From contig JAKASE010000005.1 of assembly GCA_021819135.1 (NCBI GenBank), positions 25,882-89,881 on the forward strand: a DNA stretch of 64,000 nucleotides, given 5' to 3'. Under the pieces are notes generated by a model. That model was not told the DNA's origin and did not search any database. It saw only the letters and a list, made by a program, of their open reading frames with translations. This document shows positions 28,718-39,222 of the stretch, piece after piece. The first letter of the stretch is position 1. Each line of letters starts with the position of its first letter. The stretch is from Thermoplasmata archaeon (GTDB taxonomy: Archaea; Thermoplasmatota; Thermoplasmata; Lutacidiplasmatales; UBA184). Position numbers and translations under genes: made by a program.

Positions 28718-31700
28718 TCAGGCCGGGCCTTTCGCATCTCCCGGTCGCTCCGCATCGAGCAGGCGGGAGAGGCCGCGCAGCGGGATGTCGACCCAGCTCG
28801 GTCGGTTGTTGAGCTCGTAGCCGACCTCGTAGACCGCCTTCTCCACGACGAACGCGCCAAGGAGGAGCCGGCGCTCTTCGGGATCCTTCGGCACGATCCC
28901 CTCGGTCCCCGAGGCCTCCCAGTACCCGTGCAGGAACGAGGACGAGACCCAGGTGACCCACTGGTCGGCGAGCGGCAGGAGCGAGCCGCGCGTGAGGTGG
29001 CCGGTCTCGGCGTTCACGGGGATCGCGCGCAGCGACACGCTGGCCGCGTAGTCGAACGACCGGAGCATCCCGGCGACGTCGCGGAGCGGGGAACGCTTCA
29101 GGCGCCGCTCGCTCAGCGGGCGCAGCGGTTCTCCCTCGAGGTCGATGAGAACGAAGTCCTTCCCGGTCCAGAGGACCTGGCCGAGATGGAAGTCCCCGTG
29201 GACCCGGATCCGCTGCGCGGAGAACCGACGGCCGAGGAGCCGGCGGAAGCGGTCGTCCACCTCGTTCTCCCGGGCGAGCACCGAGTCGGCGAGCGAGCGG
29301 ACTCTCTCGGGCAGGCCCGCGCGCGCGCTCCGCAGGAGCTCGAACGACTGCTGGCGGAGCGTCTGCATCCGCTGCAGGATCGACCGGACGTAGTTGCGGT
29401 CGAACGGCTCGGGCGCGAACCGGCTGTCGTTCGTCTCCCGAGCGAGCCGCCGGTGGAAATCGGCGGTCTTCGCCCCGAGCCGGCGGGCGAGCTCGAGGTA
29501 CGACCCGACCAGCTCGCTGGCCCGGGGCGGGACCTCCCCCCCGGCGAGGTCGAGCGGGAGCGGCGGGACCGCGGGGGCGTTCTTCGTGTCGGCGACGAGG
29601 CCGGCGCGGGCCCGGTCGAAGTAGCCCTGGAGATGGTCGAGGGTCAGGCCCCACGCGTCCCCCTCGTTCGGGATGAGGCGGTGGAGCGACGCGAGGGTCG
29701 CGGTCTCGCCGATCGCCCCCCGGAGGTCCAGGTGACCGGCGAGCGGGGCGACCGGGGCGTCCGGCTGGCGGGCGAAGAACTCCCCGAGCTCGACCTCGGG
29801 GTTCGCGCCGGGCTCGAGGAGGCGGAACAGCTTCAGGATGTACCGGTCCCCGATCCGCGAGGAGCTGTTCGATTGTTCGTTCGGCGAAGCTGTCACCGGG
29901 AGCGCGGAGGTGGGGCTCGTCTCCTCGCTCTCGTATGCGTCGGTCCGCACGGCGGCGATCTCGGCGCCGCCGTTCACGGACCGGCGCCGGTTCCGGGCGA
30001 TCCGCGCGACGACCTGGTGGACGAACACCGGGTCCTGGGCCACGTCGTGGAGGAGGCGCTCGACGCCTCCGGAGCTTCCATGGAACGTCGCGAGGACCTG
30101 GCCGGGCGGGGCGGCCCCGAGGGAGGTCGGGGGCCCGGCATCGGCGAAGGCGAGGGGCACGAGGTACGTCTGGGGCTCCGCCTCGGAGAAGTGGACCTCG
30201 ATGAGCGCGAGCCGGATCTCCTCGGGATCGCCGCCGAACGGCAGGATGCGGGAGACCGTCGCCGACTCAATGGTTAGCCCCTTGCCCCGGAACCACCGCT
30301 GGGCGCGCAGGTAGCGGGGCAGGTGATCGGCGAGCCGCTCGCGGACATCGACGCTCTCGAGGCTCTCCCACGTCCCGCGCTCGGGGAGCGCGAGCGGCTC
30401 CACGGCCGCCGCCTCGATGGCGGGATGGGGCGCGGTCGGGACCTCGAGACGGAACCACAGGAACCCGAACGGCGCGAGCGTGAGCCGGTACGGCGCGTCG
30501 GTCACCGGCGGGAATGCGGTCCGCCCGAAGAGCTCGACCGGCGTCGTCCCCTTGTAGGCGGCGAGGTCGAGGTCCACCCCCTGGGCGAGATGGGAGAGGT
30601 TCGCGACCACCAGCACCTGCTCGCCCTCGTAGGCGCGGAGGAACGCGAGGACCCGGGCGTTCGTCGGGTAGAGGAACGTGATCGTCCCCCGGCCGAACAC
30701 CCGGGTCTCCCGGCGGAGGGCGATGAGCCGCTTCATGTGCCACAGGAGCGAGCTCGGGTTCGCCTCCTGGACCTCGACGTTCACCCGCTCGTAGTGGAAC
30801 TCGGGGTCGATGATCACCGGCAGGTACAGGCGCTGGGGGTTCGCTCGCGAGAAGCCCGCGTTGCGGTCGGGGCTCCACTGCATCGGCGTCCGGACGCCGT
30901 TGCGGTCCCCGAGGTAGACGTTGTCACCCATCCCGATCTCGTCGCCGTAGTAGAGGACCGGGGTGCCGGGAAGCGCGAACAGGAGCCCATTCATCAGCTC
31001 GATCAGCCGTCGGTCGTTCCCGAGGAGCGGCGCGAGGCGCCGGCGGATGCCGAGGTTCAGGCGCATCCGCGGGTCGTGCGCGTAGACCCGGTACATGTAG
31101 TCGCGTTCCTCGTCGGAGACCATCTCGAGCGTGAGCTCGTCGTGGTTGCGCAGGAAGAGCAGCCACTGGCAGTCGGCGGGGATCTCGGGCGTCTGGTGCA
31201 GGACGTCGATGATCGGGAACCGGCTCCCCATCCGCGTCGCCATGAACAGGCGCGGCATCAGCGGGAAATGGAAGGCGGTGTGGCATTCATCGCCCCGCCC
31301 GCTCCCGAAGTAGGCCGCGGCGTCTTCGGGCCACTGGTTCGCCTCCGCGAGGAGCATCCGTCCCGGGAAACGCTCGTCGACGTGGGTGCGCAGCGACCTC
31401 AGGAACTGATGGGTCTCGGGCAGGTTCTCGCAGTTGGTCCCTTCCCGCTTGAACAGGTAGGGGGCGGCGTCGAGCCGCAGCCCGTCGACGCCCATCTCGA
31501 GCCAAGAGTCGATCGTGCGGAGGATCGCCCGGTGGACCGCCGGGTTGTCGTAGTTCAGGTCCGGCTGCGAGCTATAGAACCGGTGGAAGTAGTAGGCCTT
31601 CGCGACCGGGTCCCACGCCCAGTTCGAGCGCTCGAAGTCCTGGAAGATGATGCGTGCGCCGGTGAACTTGTCCGGCGTATCGCTCCAAAGGTAGAACTCC

Positions 31701-32140
31701 CGGTCCACCGACCCTGGCGCCGACCGGCGGGCCCGCTGGAACCACCAGTGCCGGTCGGACGTGTGGTTCAGGACGAGCTCGATGATCACGCGGAGGCCGC
31801 GCGCGTGGGCCTCGCGCAGGAAGTTCTTGAACTCGCGCAGGGTCCCGTACGACGGGTGGACGTCGCCGTAGTCGGAGATGTCGTAGCCGTCGTCGACGAG
31901 CGGCGAGGGATAGAACGGGAGGAGCCAGAGGGCGGTCACCCCGAGGTCGCGCAGGTAGTCGAGCTTGCTCGTGAGCCCCGGGAAGTCCCCGGTACCGTCC
32001 GAGGTGCTGTCGCAGAACGACCGGACGTGGAGCTCGTAGATGACGGCGTCCTTGTACCACGTCGGGTCGACCCCGACCTCGGCGGTCGTCGCCTCGGAGG
32101 CCGGGGTGGCCGCGGCGGGCGACGGCCCGGGTTCCGCCAT
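28718..32140 (-). CDS. treS: Trehalose synthase fused to maltokinase (TreS-Mak/Pep2)
   Basis: WYKDAVIYE, LRLDA, FLRNHDELTLEMV, then a kinase domain with EQSNSS, RVHGDFHLGQVL, DLEGEP and RDVAGMLRSF; 1140 aa. Confidence 0.95.
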   Translation of the reverse strand: MAEPGPSPAAATPASEATTAEVGVDPTWYKDAVIYELHVRSFCDSTSDGTGDFPGLTSKLDYLRDLGVTALWLLPFYPSPLVDDGYDISDYGDVHPSYGTLREFKNFLREAHARGLRVIIELVLNHTSDRHWWFQRARRSAPGSVDREFYLWSDTPDKFTGARIIFQDFERSNWAWDPVAKAYYFHRFYSSQPDLNYDNPAVHRAILRTIDSWLEMGVDGLRLDAAPYLFKREGTNCENLPETHQFLRSLRTHVDERFPGRMLLAEANQWPEDAAAYFGSGRGDECHTAFHFPLMPRLFMATRMGSRFPIIDVLHQTPEIPADCQWLLFLRNHDELTLEMVSDEERDYMYRVYAHDPRMRLNLGIRRRLAPLLGNDRRLIELMNGLLFALPGTPVLYYGDEIGMGDNVYLGDRNGVRTPMQWSPDRNAGFSRANPQRLYLPVIIDPEFHYERVNVEVQEANPSSLLWHMKRLIALRRETRVFGRGTITFLYPTNARVLAFLRAYEGEQVLVVANLSHLAQGVDLDLAAYKGTTPVELFGRTAFPPVTDAPYRLTLAPFGFLWFRLEVPTAPHPAIEAAAVEPLALPERGTWESLESVDVRERLADHLPRYLRAQRWFRGKGLTIESATVSRILPFGGDPEEIRLALIEVHFSEAEPQTYLVPLAFADAGPPTSLGAAPPGQVLATFHGSSGGVERLLHDVAQDPVFVHQVVARIARNRRRSVNGGAEIAAVRTDAYESEETSPTSALPVTASPNEQSNSSSRIGDRYILKLFRLLEPGANPEVELGEFFARQPDAPVAPLAGHLDLRGAIGETATLASLHRLIPNEGDAWGLTLDHLQGYFDRARAGLVADTKNAPAVPPLPLDLAGGEVPPRASELVGSYLELARRLGAKTADFHRRLARETNDSRFAPEPFDRNYVRSILQRMQTLRQQSFELLRSARAGLPERVRSLADSVLARENEVDDRFRRLLGRRFSAQRIRVHGDFHLGQVLWTGKDFVLIDLEGEPLRPLSERRLKRSPLRDVAGMLRSFDYAASVSLRAIPVNAETGHLTRGSLLPLADQWVTWVSSSFLHGYWEASGTEGIVPKDPEERRLLLGAFVVEKAVYEVGYELNNRPSWVDIPLRGLSRLLDAERPGDAKGPA

Positions 32141-32143
32141 AGT

Positions 32144-34114
32144 TCAGTCCCTCCTCCGAACGACCCGGAACACGTGGGCCACCGAGACCGCCGGATCGAG
32201 CCGAACGAAGCTGTGCGACCCCGTCCACCGGTAGCGGGGTCCGTTCCATAGGTCCTCGACCTCGAACGTCGCCCCGGGCTCAAGGCCGAGCGAGGAGAGG
32301 TCGAGGTCGGTCCATCCGCCCTGCGCGGTCCCCGGGTCGAGGTTCACCACCACGAGGACGACGTTCGAGGCATCGTCGGTCCGCCGGCTGAACGCGAGGA
32401 GCCGGTCGTTGTCCACCGGATGGAAGGAGAGATGCCGGCCGACCTCGAGCGCGGGATTCTCCCGCCGGATCCGGTTGACCTTTCGGATCTCCGGCGCGAG
32501 GGTCCCGGGCGCGTCGAGGGTCCAGTGGCGCACCGCGTACTTCTCCGAGTCCCGGTACTCCTCCTTGCCGGGCTCGCGCGGCACGTGCTCGAGGAGCTCG
32601 TACGGAGGGCCGTAGATCCCATAGTGAGAGGAGAGCGTCGCGGCGAGCACGAGACGCTGGACGAAGACCGGTCGCGCTCCGGTGTGGAACGCCTCGGTGA
32701 GGATGTCGGGGGTGTTCGGCCAGAGATGGGGACGCAGGATCTCCTGCGCGACCCCCTGGGAAAGCTCCCGAAAGTACTCGGTTAGCTCGCCGCCGGTGTT
32801 CCGCCAGGCGAAGTACGTGTACGAGTGAGTGAACCCGACCTTCGCGAGGCGCATCATCAGCTTCGGCCGGGTGAACGCCTCCGCGAGGAAGAGGACATCG
32901 GGATGGGCCCGACGGACCTCGGTGATCAGCCACCGCCAGAACTCGAACGGCTTCGTGTGCGGGTTGTCGACCCGGAACCACCGGACCCCGTGTCCGACCC
33001 AGAAGTCCACGACGCCCTTGAGGGCGGACCAGAGGCCGCGCCAGTCCCGGGTGTCGAAGTCGATCGGATAGATGTCCTCGTACCGTTTGGGCGGGTTCTC
33101 CGCCGTTCGGATCGTGCCGTCGGGGAGGTGCCGGAACCATTCGGGGTGCTCGGTGACCCACGGGTGGTCGGGCGAGCACTGAAAGGCGAGGTCGAGGGCG
33201 ACCTCGAGACCGAGTCGGCGGGCCTCGGCGATGAGCGCGGTGAACTCCTCGAGCGTGCCGAGGGCCGGATCGATCGCCGTATGGCCCCCTTCGGGGCTCC
33301 CGATCGCCCACGGGCTCCCGGGGTCACCGCGGGAGGCGCTCGGCCGGTCGTTCGGGCCTCGGCGGCCCGTCCGGCCGATCGGGTGGATCGGCGGCAGATA
33401 CACCACGTCGAAGCCGAGGTCCGCGACGTAGGGGAGGCGCACCGCGAGGTCCGCGAAGCGCCCGGCGCGTCGGGGGTCGGGGCTCGTCGACCGGGGGAAG
33501 AGCTCGTACCATGCGCTGTGGCCCGCCCGGGGCGGGTCGACCGTTACGGCTAGCTCTGCCGGGTACCGCGTCACCGCCGCCCGGTCGGGGTTCCGCGCGA
33601 GGATCTCGGCGGTCTCGCGCTCGCGGGCGCACGCGACCGCCTCCGCGACGGACCGGGAGGCGAGGGTCCCGAGCCGACGGGCCTGCTCGCGTATGCGCTC
33701 GCCGTCGGGCCCCGAGATCCGTTTCGCCGCCTCCTCGAGGATCGCCGCTCCCTCGCGAAGGTCCACGGCCGCGACCGACCGGTGCTCCACGCGTCGCTCG
33801 AGCGTCGTCGACCAGGTCAGGAACGGGTCGACCCATCCCTCGATGGTGTAGTCGACCGTGCCGGGGGCCTCGACGCGGAAGGAGCCATGCCAGCGGTCGT
33901 TCCCCATCGGGGTCATGGGGCTCCCACGCCAGTCCGCCGTTCGCCCCGTCCGCCACCGGACGGCGGCCCGCACCCCCGCGGTTCCCTCGGCGTAGATGTC
34001 CGCGTAGACGTCGACCGAGTCGCCCGGAACGCGGCGGATCGGCATGGCCCCGCCGTCGACCTCGGGCCAGACGTCCTCGATCACCACCCGGGGAGGTCGG
34101 TCGGTCGGGAGCAC
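32144..34114 (-). CDS. glgE: Alpha-1,4-glucan:maltose-1-phosphate maltosyltransferase
   Basis: WYELFPRS, YLPPIHPIG, GSPWAIG, AENPPKRYEDIYP, FRVDNPHTKP, FLAEAFT, PNTPDIL. Confidence 0.96.
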   Translation of the reverse strand: MLPTDRPPRVVIEDVWPEVDGGAMPIRRVPGDSVDVYADIYAEGTAGVRAAVRWRTGRTADWRGSPMTPMGNDRWHGSFRVEAPGTVDYTIEGWVDPFLTWSTTLERRVEHRSVAAVDLREGAAILEEAAKRISGPDGERIREQARRLGTLASRSVAEAVACARERETAEILARNPDRAAVTRYPAELAVTVDPPRAGHSAWYELFPRSTSPDPRRAGRFADLAVRLPYVADLGFDVVYLPPIHPIGRTGRRGPNDRPSASRGDPGSPWAIGSPEGGHTAIDPALGTLEEFTALIAEARRLGLEVALDLAFQCSPDHPWVTEHPEWFRHLPDGTIRTAENPPKRYEDIYPIDFDTRDWRGLWSALKGVVDFWVGHGVRWFRVDNPHTKPFEFWRWLITEVRRAHPDVLFLAEAFTRPKLMMRLAKVGFTHSYTYFAWRNTGGELTEYFRELSQGVAQEILRPHLWPNTPDILTEAFHTGARPVFVQRLVLAATLSSHYGIYGPPYELLEHVPREPGKEEYRDSEKYAVRHWTLDAPGTLAPEIRKVNRIRRENPALEVGRHLSFHPVDNDRLLAFSRRTDDASNVVLVVVNLDPGTAQGGWTDLDLSSLGLEPGATFEVEDLWNGPRYRWTGSHSFVRLDPAVSVAHVFRVVRRRD

Positions 34115-34282
34115 TAGTATCCCTGTCCCCCGCCCGGTGCGGAACCGACTCGGGAGATCGGACCGTTCACGTTCGTGGGGGAAGCGAGCGACGGCCGGGA
34201 AAAAAGGGCTTCCCTCGGAGGGGAACGCGGTACCCGCGTACGGATGGCGAAGTCTCCCGGCGGCCCGCCGGGGGGCACCGGA

Positions 34283-35311
34283 TCAGCGGTGCGCGGAGGG
34301 CATCCCGTGCCTCCGGGCGAACTCGGCCGCGCCGATGAGCGACGCATCCTCCCCGAAGCGCGCGAGGGCGACCTCGGCCCCGGCGGCCGGGGGTTGGCAG
34401 CGCGCGCGGATGGCCGACTCGACCACGGGGACGAACTCGGGCATGCCGGCGACGAGGCCGCCGCCCAGGATCAGACGGGAGGGGTTGAACGCGTTGACGA
34501 TGCTGACCGCCCCATCGGCGAGGAACCGCTCCGTCTCGCGCACCAGACGGCCGGCGAGGGCGTCGCCCGCCCGATAGCTCGCGAAGAGCGTGTGCGCCGT
34601 GATCATCTCGGGCGAACCGGCTCGCTCGACCAGCGCCCGGCCCCCGGTCGGGTCCGCGCGCACGGCCTCCTGCGTCCGCTCGGCGATCGCCCAACCGCCG
34701 ACGTACGCCTCGAAGCACCCCCAGTTGGGACAGTGGCACTTCCGGCCCCCGACCACGATCGTCGTGTGGCCGACCTCGCCGAGGGCGTGGCTCCCGCCCT
34801 CGAGCAGACGGTCGTCGACGACCGCCGAGCCCCCGACCCCCGTCCCGAGCACGAGGCAGAACAGGTTGCCGGTCCCGCGCCCCGCGCCGAGCCGCCACTC
34901 CGCGAGCGTGGCGGCCCGGGCGTCGTTGAGCACGTGCACCGTTCCGTCGAGCTCCTCCGCCACGCGCCGCGCGAGGGGAACGTCCCGCCAGCCCAGGTTC
35001 GGGGCATGCACGACCGTACCGGTCCGCGGGTCGACCTGCGCGGCGACCGAAACGCCGATCGCGGCCGGCGGGCCGTCGCTCTCGTCCAGGCAGGCACGGG
35101 CGCTGCGCACGAGCGAGCGGATCACTCCGCCGGGTCCATCGTTCGCATGGAGGTGCCGGCCGCTGTGATGCACTACCGTCCCGTCGCGCGCGACGAGGCC
35201 GCTCACGACCTTCGTCGCCCCGAGGTCGATGCCGAGCACGAGGTCCCCCGGCCGCCGGGACGCCCGGTCGCTACTCTTCGGGGATCTCCCCCCGGTGCTC
35301 CGCTTCGGCAT
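34283..35311 (-). CDS. glk: ROK-family sugar kinase (glucokinase)
   Basis: GIDLGATK, APNLGW, NDARAA, LGTGVGG, GEVGH, CHC...GCFE. Confidence 0.9.
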   Translation of the reverse strand: MPKRSTGGRSPKSSDRASRRPGDLVLGIDLGATKVVSGLVARDGTVVHHSGRHLHANDGPGGVIRSLVRSARACLDESDGPPAAIGVSVAAQVDPRTGTVVHAPNLGWRDVPLARRVAEELDGTVHVLNDARAATLAEWRLGAGRGTGNLFCLVLGTGVGGSAVVDDRLLEGGSHALGEVGHTTIVVGGRKCHCPNWGCFEAYVGGWAIAERTQEAVRADPTGGRALVERAGSPEMITAHTLFASYRAGDALAGRLVRETERFLADGAVSIVNAFNPSRLILGGGLVAGMPEFVPVVESAIRARCQPPAAGAEVALARFGEDASLIGAAEFARRHGMPSAHR

Positions 35312-37136
35312 ACTTGTGGACGACGTCGACGAACGTCGAGTGCGACCACGTGAGGGGCGTGGCGCTCTTGGGGTCTCCGCTCCCCCCGTCGATCTGCTCG
35401 GGGAGGAGCCGGGTGTGCGTGGCGTGGGAGGCGACCCACTCGATCAGTTCCCGACACCGGTTGCGGTCCCCGAGGTGCAGCCGGGCCTCGGCGAGCCAGA
35501 GCGTGGAGACGATCCAGGGATTCTCCCGGCCGTAGTACTCGTCACCCTCGTAGCGGGCGAGGCCACCGACCCCGGTGGACCAGAGGCGGGCCTCGATCGC
35601 GTCGACCGTGGCCTTCGCCCTCGGATCGGACCACGGGAGGAAACCGAGCTTGAGCGCGAGAAGGGTCGACGCGTCGAGGCGCTCGTCCCTCGGGGAGAGC
35701 GACCGGACGAAGCGGCCCATCCCCTCGTCCCAGAAGTGCCGGACGGCCGCGGCGCCGATCTCGAGCGACGCGGTCCGGTACAGGTTCGCGTCCTTCCCGA
35801 TCTCCGTCGCGATGCGCGCGGCCCGCTCGAGCGCGTGCGTCACGGCCGCGGTCGAGTAGAGGTGGATGCCGAGCCGCTCCTCCCAGAGGTCGTAGCTCGG
35901 GGCCGGCAGCCCGGTGGCGGGGTCCCGGAACTCGGTGAGGAACGTCGCGGCCGACTTCACCATCGACCAGAGATCGAGCAGGGTGTCCGGGTCGGCGCCC
36001 CGTTTGAAGTGGTGCCACGCGGCGGCGATCACGGTCGCGGTCTGGTCGATCTGCAGGTGAGGGGGCGGATGCCACGTGCTGCCGATCGCCCCGTCCGGGA
36101 AGTGCCGGTGGAAGAACGACCCGTCCGGGTTCTGGCAGCTCTTCGCGAAATCGAGGAACCGAGCCGCGTTCTCGTAGAGGCCGGCCTCGTCCATCGCCTT
36201 CGAGATGTACCCTCCGTCGCGCCACCAGCAGTAGTTGTACGTGTCCCCGGACGCCGCGAGCGCCCGGGTATCCGGGGAGGCGATCACCGCCCCGTTCGAG
36301 CCCGTGGCGTGGCGCATGAGGAGCACGCTCATCCGGTAGACCTCGCGGCCGAGGGGGCTCAGGCCGGGAGGAGGGTGGGGGAGCCGGCGCTGGACCCACG
36401 TCGCCCAGAACGCCTCCGCCTCGCGCACGAACCGGGGGAACCCGCCCTCCCGGACGTAGTCCCGGATCTGGTGCACCCCGGGAAGGCTGCGGCCGGCGGC
36501 GAGCAGGAGCGTCACGTCGGTCCCCGCCTCCCCGTCCGGCTCGAGGTCCCACTCCATCACGCTGTCGGCCGCGCCGTGGGCGATCAGGCCGCCCTCGAGC
36601 CGCCCGTCCTCGGCGTCGACGTAGCTGCCGCGCAGTCCCCGCAAGCTGTGCTCCCCGCAGACCGCGCGCGTGAACGACGGGGAGGAGAAGAACTCGAAGA
36701 AGAAGCCGCGCTTGTAGTGGACGAGGCTCTCGCTCTCCACGTCCACGAACGCGGTGTCCTGGTACATCGACTCCGCGATCTGGAACGAGTGGTAGGCGAA
36801 GAGGCGCAGCGGCCGCGGCGGATCGGCCCGGATGTGGAACGTGCGCGCGACCAGGTCGTGGTTCGGATGCACCTGGTCCCGGACCGTGAGCGTGATCCCG
36901 TGCCCGGTCCAGACCGACTCGGGCAGGTGGCCCGGACCGTACGGCGCCTGGGTGAGGCCGAAGCCGTTCCCGCGCCGTAGCCAGGTGAACGTCCCGGCGC
37001 GTACGTCGAAGAGGCCGAGGCGCGCCTCCCGCAGCTGCTGGAACTGGCCCGGGTACGGGTAGAACAGTTCGTTCCAGTCGCCGTTCTCGTTGACCGTGAG
37101 CAGCAGTCGCCCATTGCCCGAGAGCTCCGTGATCAT
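35271..37136 (-). CDS. GH15 glycoside hydrolase (archaeal glucoamylase-like)
   Basis: GNGRLL, YNYCWWRDG, QIDQT, SYDLWEER, RYEGDEYY, LLPEQ, PLTWSH. Confidence 0.9.
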   Translation of the reverse strand: MITELSGNGRLLLTVNENGDWNELFYPYPGQFQQLREARLGLFDVRAGTFTWLRRGNGFGLTQAPYGPGHLPESVWTGHGITLTVRDQVHPNHDLVARTFHIRADPPRPLRLFAYHSFQIAESMYQDTAFVDVESESLVHYKRGFFFEFFSSPSFTRAVCGEHSLRGLRGSYVDAEDGRLEGGLIAHGAADSVMEWDLEPDGEAGTDVTLLLAAGRSLPGVHQIRDYVREGGFPRFVREAEAFWATWVQRRLPHPPPGLSPLGREVYRMSVLLMRHATGSNGAVIASPDTRALAASGDTYNYCWWRDGGYISKAMDEAGLYENAARFLDFAKSCQNPDGSFFHRHFPDGAIGSTWHPPPHLQIDQTATVIAAAWHHFKRGADPDTLLDLWSMVKSAATFLTEFRDPATGLPAPSYDLWEERLGIHLYSTAAVTHALERAARIATEIGKDANLYRTASLEIGAAAVRHFWDEGMGRFVRSLSPRDERLDASTLLALKLGFLPWSDPRAKATVDAIEARLWSTGVGGLARYEGDEYYGRENPWIVSTLWLAEARLHLGDRNRCRELIEWVASHATHTRLLPEQIDGGSGDPKSATPLTWSHSTFVDVVHKYAEAEHRGEIPEE

Positions 37137-37314
37137 CGGTCGCGGAGCCCCCGATCTCGCCGGTGCGTCGATGCGGTCCCCATTCGGGTCGAGTTCGGGG
37201 AGCGAACGGGGTTTAACTCGGTTTTCGTTCGACTGGCGGGCCGACGGAGGCTCCGTCCGGCAGGGTTTTGCGGCTTTCGAAATGCATGACTACCTCCTCG
37301 CGCTTCCGACGGCG

Positions 37315-37962
37315 ATGACGACGGTCCGAGACCTCGATCGCCGGGTCGCCGAGCGCCACCTGTTGACGCACCCGTTCTATGTCGCATGGTCGGCCGGGAC
37401 CCTCCCCCGGGAGACCCTCCGTGCCTACGCCGGCCAGTACGACCATTTCGAGTCGAACTTCCCCCGCTTCGTGGCCGCCGCCTACGCGAGGCTCCCACGG
37501 CCGCAGGACCGGCGGGTCCTGCTCGAGAACCTGATGGACGAGGAGGGCCGGTCGCCGACCCATCCGGAGCTCTGGGCGGACTTCGCCCGGGCGATCGGCG
37601 CGCCCCGGGGACCGGTCCCGCCGCTCCCCGCGACCTCCCGGCTGATCCGCACCTACGAGCGGGAGACCGTGCGCGGGACGGCCGCCTCCGCTCTCGGGGC
37701 GCTGTACGCCTACGAGAGCCAGTTCCCGGCGGTGGCCCGGGAGAAGTCCCGCGGGCTCCGGGCGAACTACGGGATCCGCTCGCGCGAGGCCCATGAGTTC
37801 TTCCGGGTCCATTCGTTCGCGGACGTCGCCCACGCGTCGGCGGAGCGCCGACTTCTGTCGGGGCTCCTCCGCGGGTCCCCCGCCTCCGGGGCCGAGGCCG
37901 AGCGTGGGCTTCGCGCTTCGATCGGTGCGTGGTGGGGGTTCCTCGACGCCTTCACGCCCTGA
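37315..37962 (+). CDS. CADD-family heme-oxygenase-like dimetal enzyme (TenA/PqqC superfamily)
   Basis: HPFYVAW, ENLMDEE, HPELW, YAYESQ, AREKSRGL, FFRVH..ADVAH. Start 37315 (alternative 37282). Confidence 0.85.
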   Translation: MTTVRDLDRRVAERHLLTHPFYVAWSAGTLPRETLRAYAGQYDHFESNFPRFVAAAYARLPRPQDRRVLLENLMDEEGRSPTHPELWADFARAIGAPRGPVPPLPATSRLIRTYERETVRGTAASALGALYAYESQFPAVAREKSRGLRANYGIRSREAHEFFRVHSFADVAHASAERRLLSGLLRGSPASGAEAERGLRASIGAWWGFLDAFTP

Positions 37963-38028
37963 ACCCCGACCGCCCGGGTCTCCCGGGAGATCCGGCGGGT
38001 TCCGCCCAGCGGCACCCGGCCGGATCCG

Positions 38029-39222
38029 TTACTTGAGGATCGGGACGCCGAGGCGGTCGAGGGCGCGCCGACGAAGGTCGGTCATCGCGTTCATGTAGTT
38101 CGCGTAGGCGTCGTACGGGTTGTCGTAGCTCGAGAAGTACCGGTGGACCCCGAGGTCCGCCCCGTGGCCGCTCACGAACATGTAGTAGAAATGGTCGGAG
38201 GTGAGGAGCTTCCGCCAGTCCTCGAGGATGCGGGGGTCGGCGCTCTGTCGGGCGAGGACACCGACCTTCTTCGCGGCCTCGAAGGCGGACTTCTGGAGGT
38301 CGTTCCCGAGCCACGCCCCGAGGTCCCGCGCCTCGTCGGCCCAGCTCATGATCTCAGGCACCGAGAGCGGACCGGCCGGGGGCGTCCCGATCGCCTCGTC
38401 CACGGTCGCCCACGCGAGACGGGGGTACCGGCGGACCTCCTCCGGGAGCCGGCTCAGGAAGTCGAGGATGCCGGATTCCGCCGGGTGATGTTCGCCGAAC
38501 GTCTCGAAGTCCATGAAGAGGCCGAGGGTCTCGCCGGGCGTCTCCGAGAGCCACCGCGCGTACTTCTCGGCGGTGAGCGGGTACTCCGACCAGTTCTTCG
38601 AGGAGAACCGGAACCCGATATCGTCGCTGAGGGGATAGTGGCGCAGGAGCAGGATCACGGTCCGCGCCGGCGCGGCGGAGTACGGGAAGGTCGGGCTCTG
38701 GCGCCGCAGCACCCCTTCCCACCCTTCCGCAAGCATCCCCTGGAACCGCTCGGCCTCGGCGAACCGGGCGATGTCGTCCGAGTAGGCGAGCTCGGTCATC
38801 CTCAGGGCGATGGTCTCCGCCCCGAACTCGCGCGCGAGCACGGCGCGGTGCATCGCGACCTCCTCGGCGAGCTCGGGCGGGGGGAGGAGGAAGGCGAGGG
38901 AGTGGTAGTACGTCTCCGCGAGGAACGCGACCCGGCCGGTGCGGCGGAGCGACCGCAACCGATCGAGGACATCGGGCGCGGCGAGCTTCGCCTGCTCGAG
39001 GAAGGTGCCGGTGACCGACAGGCTGAGCCGGAACTCCGGATGCTGCTGCAGGGCGCGGAGGAGCCGGTCGAGCGCCGGCCGGTAGCACCGCTCGGCGATC
39101 CCCCGAAAGATGCCGAGGTTCCGGTCGACGTCGAAGTACGAACGACCGCTCCCGAGGTCGAGGAAGCGGAACCGGCCGAGACGCCAGGGTTGGTGCAGAT
39201 GGAAGTAGAGGACGATCTTCAG
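38029..39222 (-). CDS. GH57 alpha-amylase-like protein, apparent CTG start
   Basis: YFHLHQPWRL, CYRPA, SVTGTFLEQ, ETYYHSL, TELAYSD, SDDIGFRFS, MDFETFGEH, SWAD, TSDHFYYM. Confidence 0.9.
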   Translation of the reverse strand: MKIVLYFHLHQPWRLGRFRFLDLGSGRSYFDVDRNLGIFRGIAERCYRPALDRLLRALQQHPEFRLSLSVTGTFLEQAKLAAPDVLDRLRSLRRTGRVAFLAETYYHSLAFLLPPPELAEEVAMHRAVLAREFGAETIALRMTELAYSDDIARFAEAERFQGMLAEGWEGVLRRQSPTFPYSAAPARTVILLLRHYPLSDDIGFRFSSKNWSEYPLTAEKYARWLSETPGETLGLFMDFETFGEHHPAESGILDFLSRLPEEVRRYPRLAWATVDEAIGTPPAGPLSVPEIMSWADEARDLGAWLGNDLQKSAFEAAKKVGVLARQSADPRILEDWRKLLTSDHFYYMFVSGHGADLGVHRYFSSYDNPYDAYANYMNAMTDLRRRALDRLGVPILK

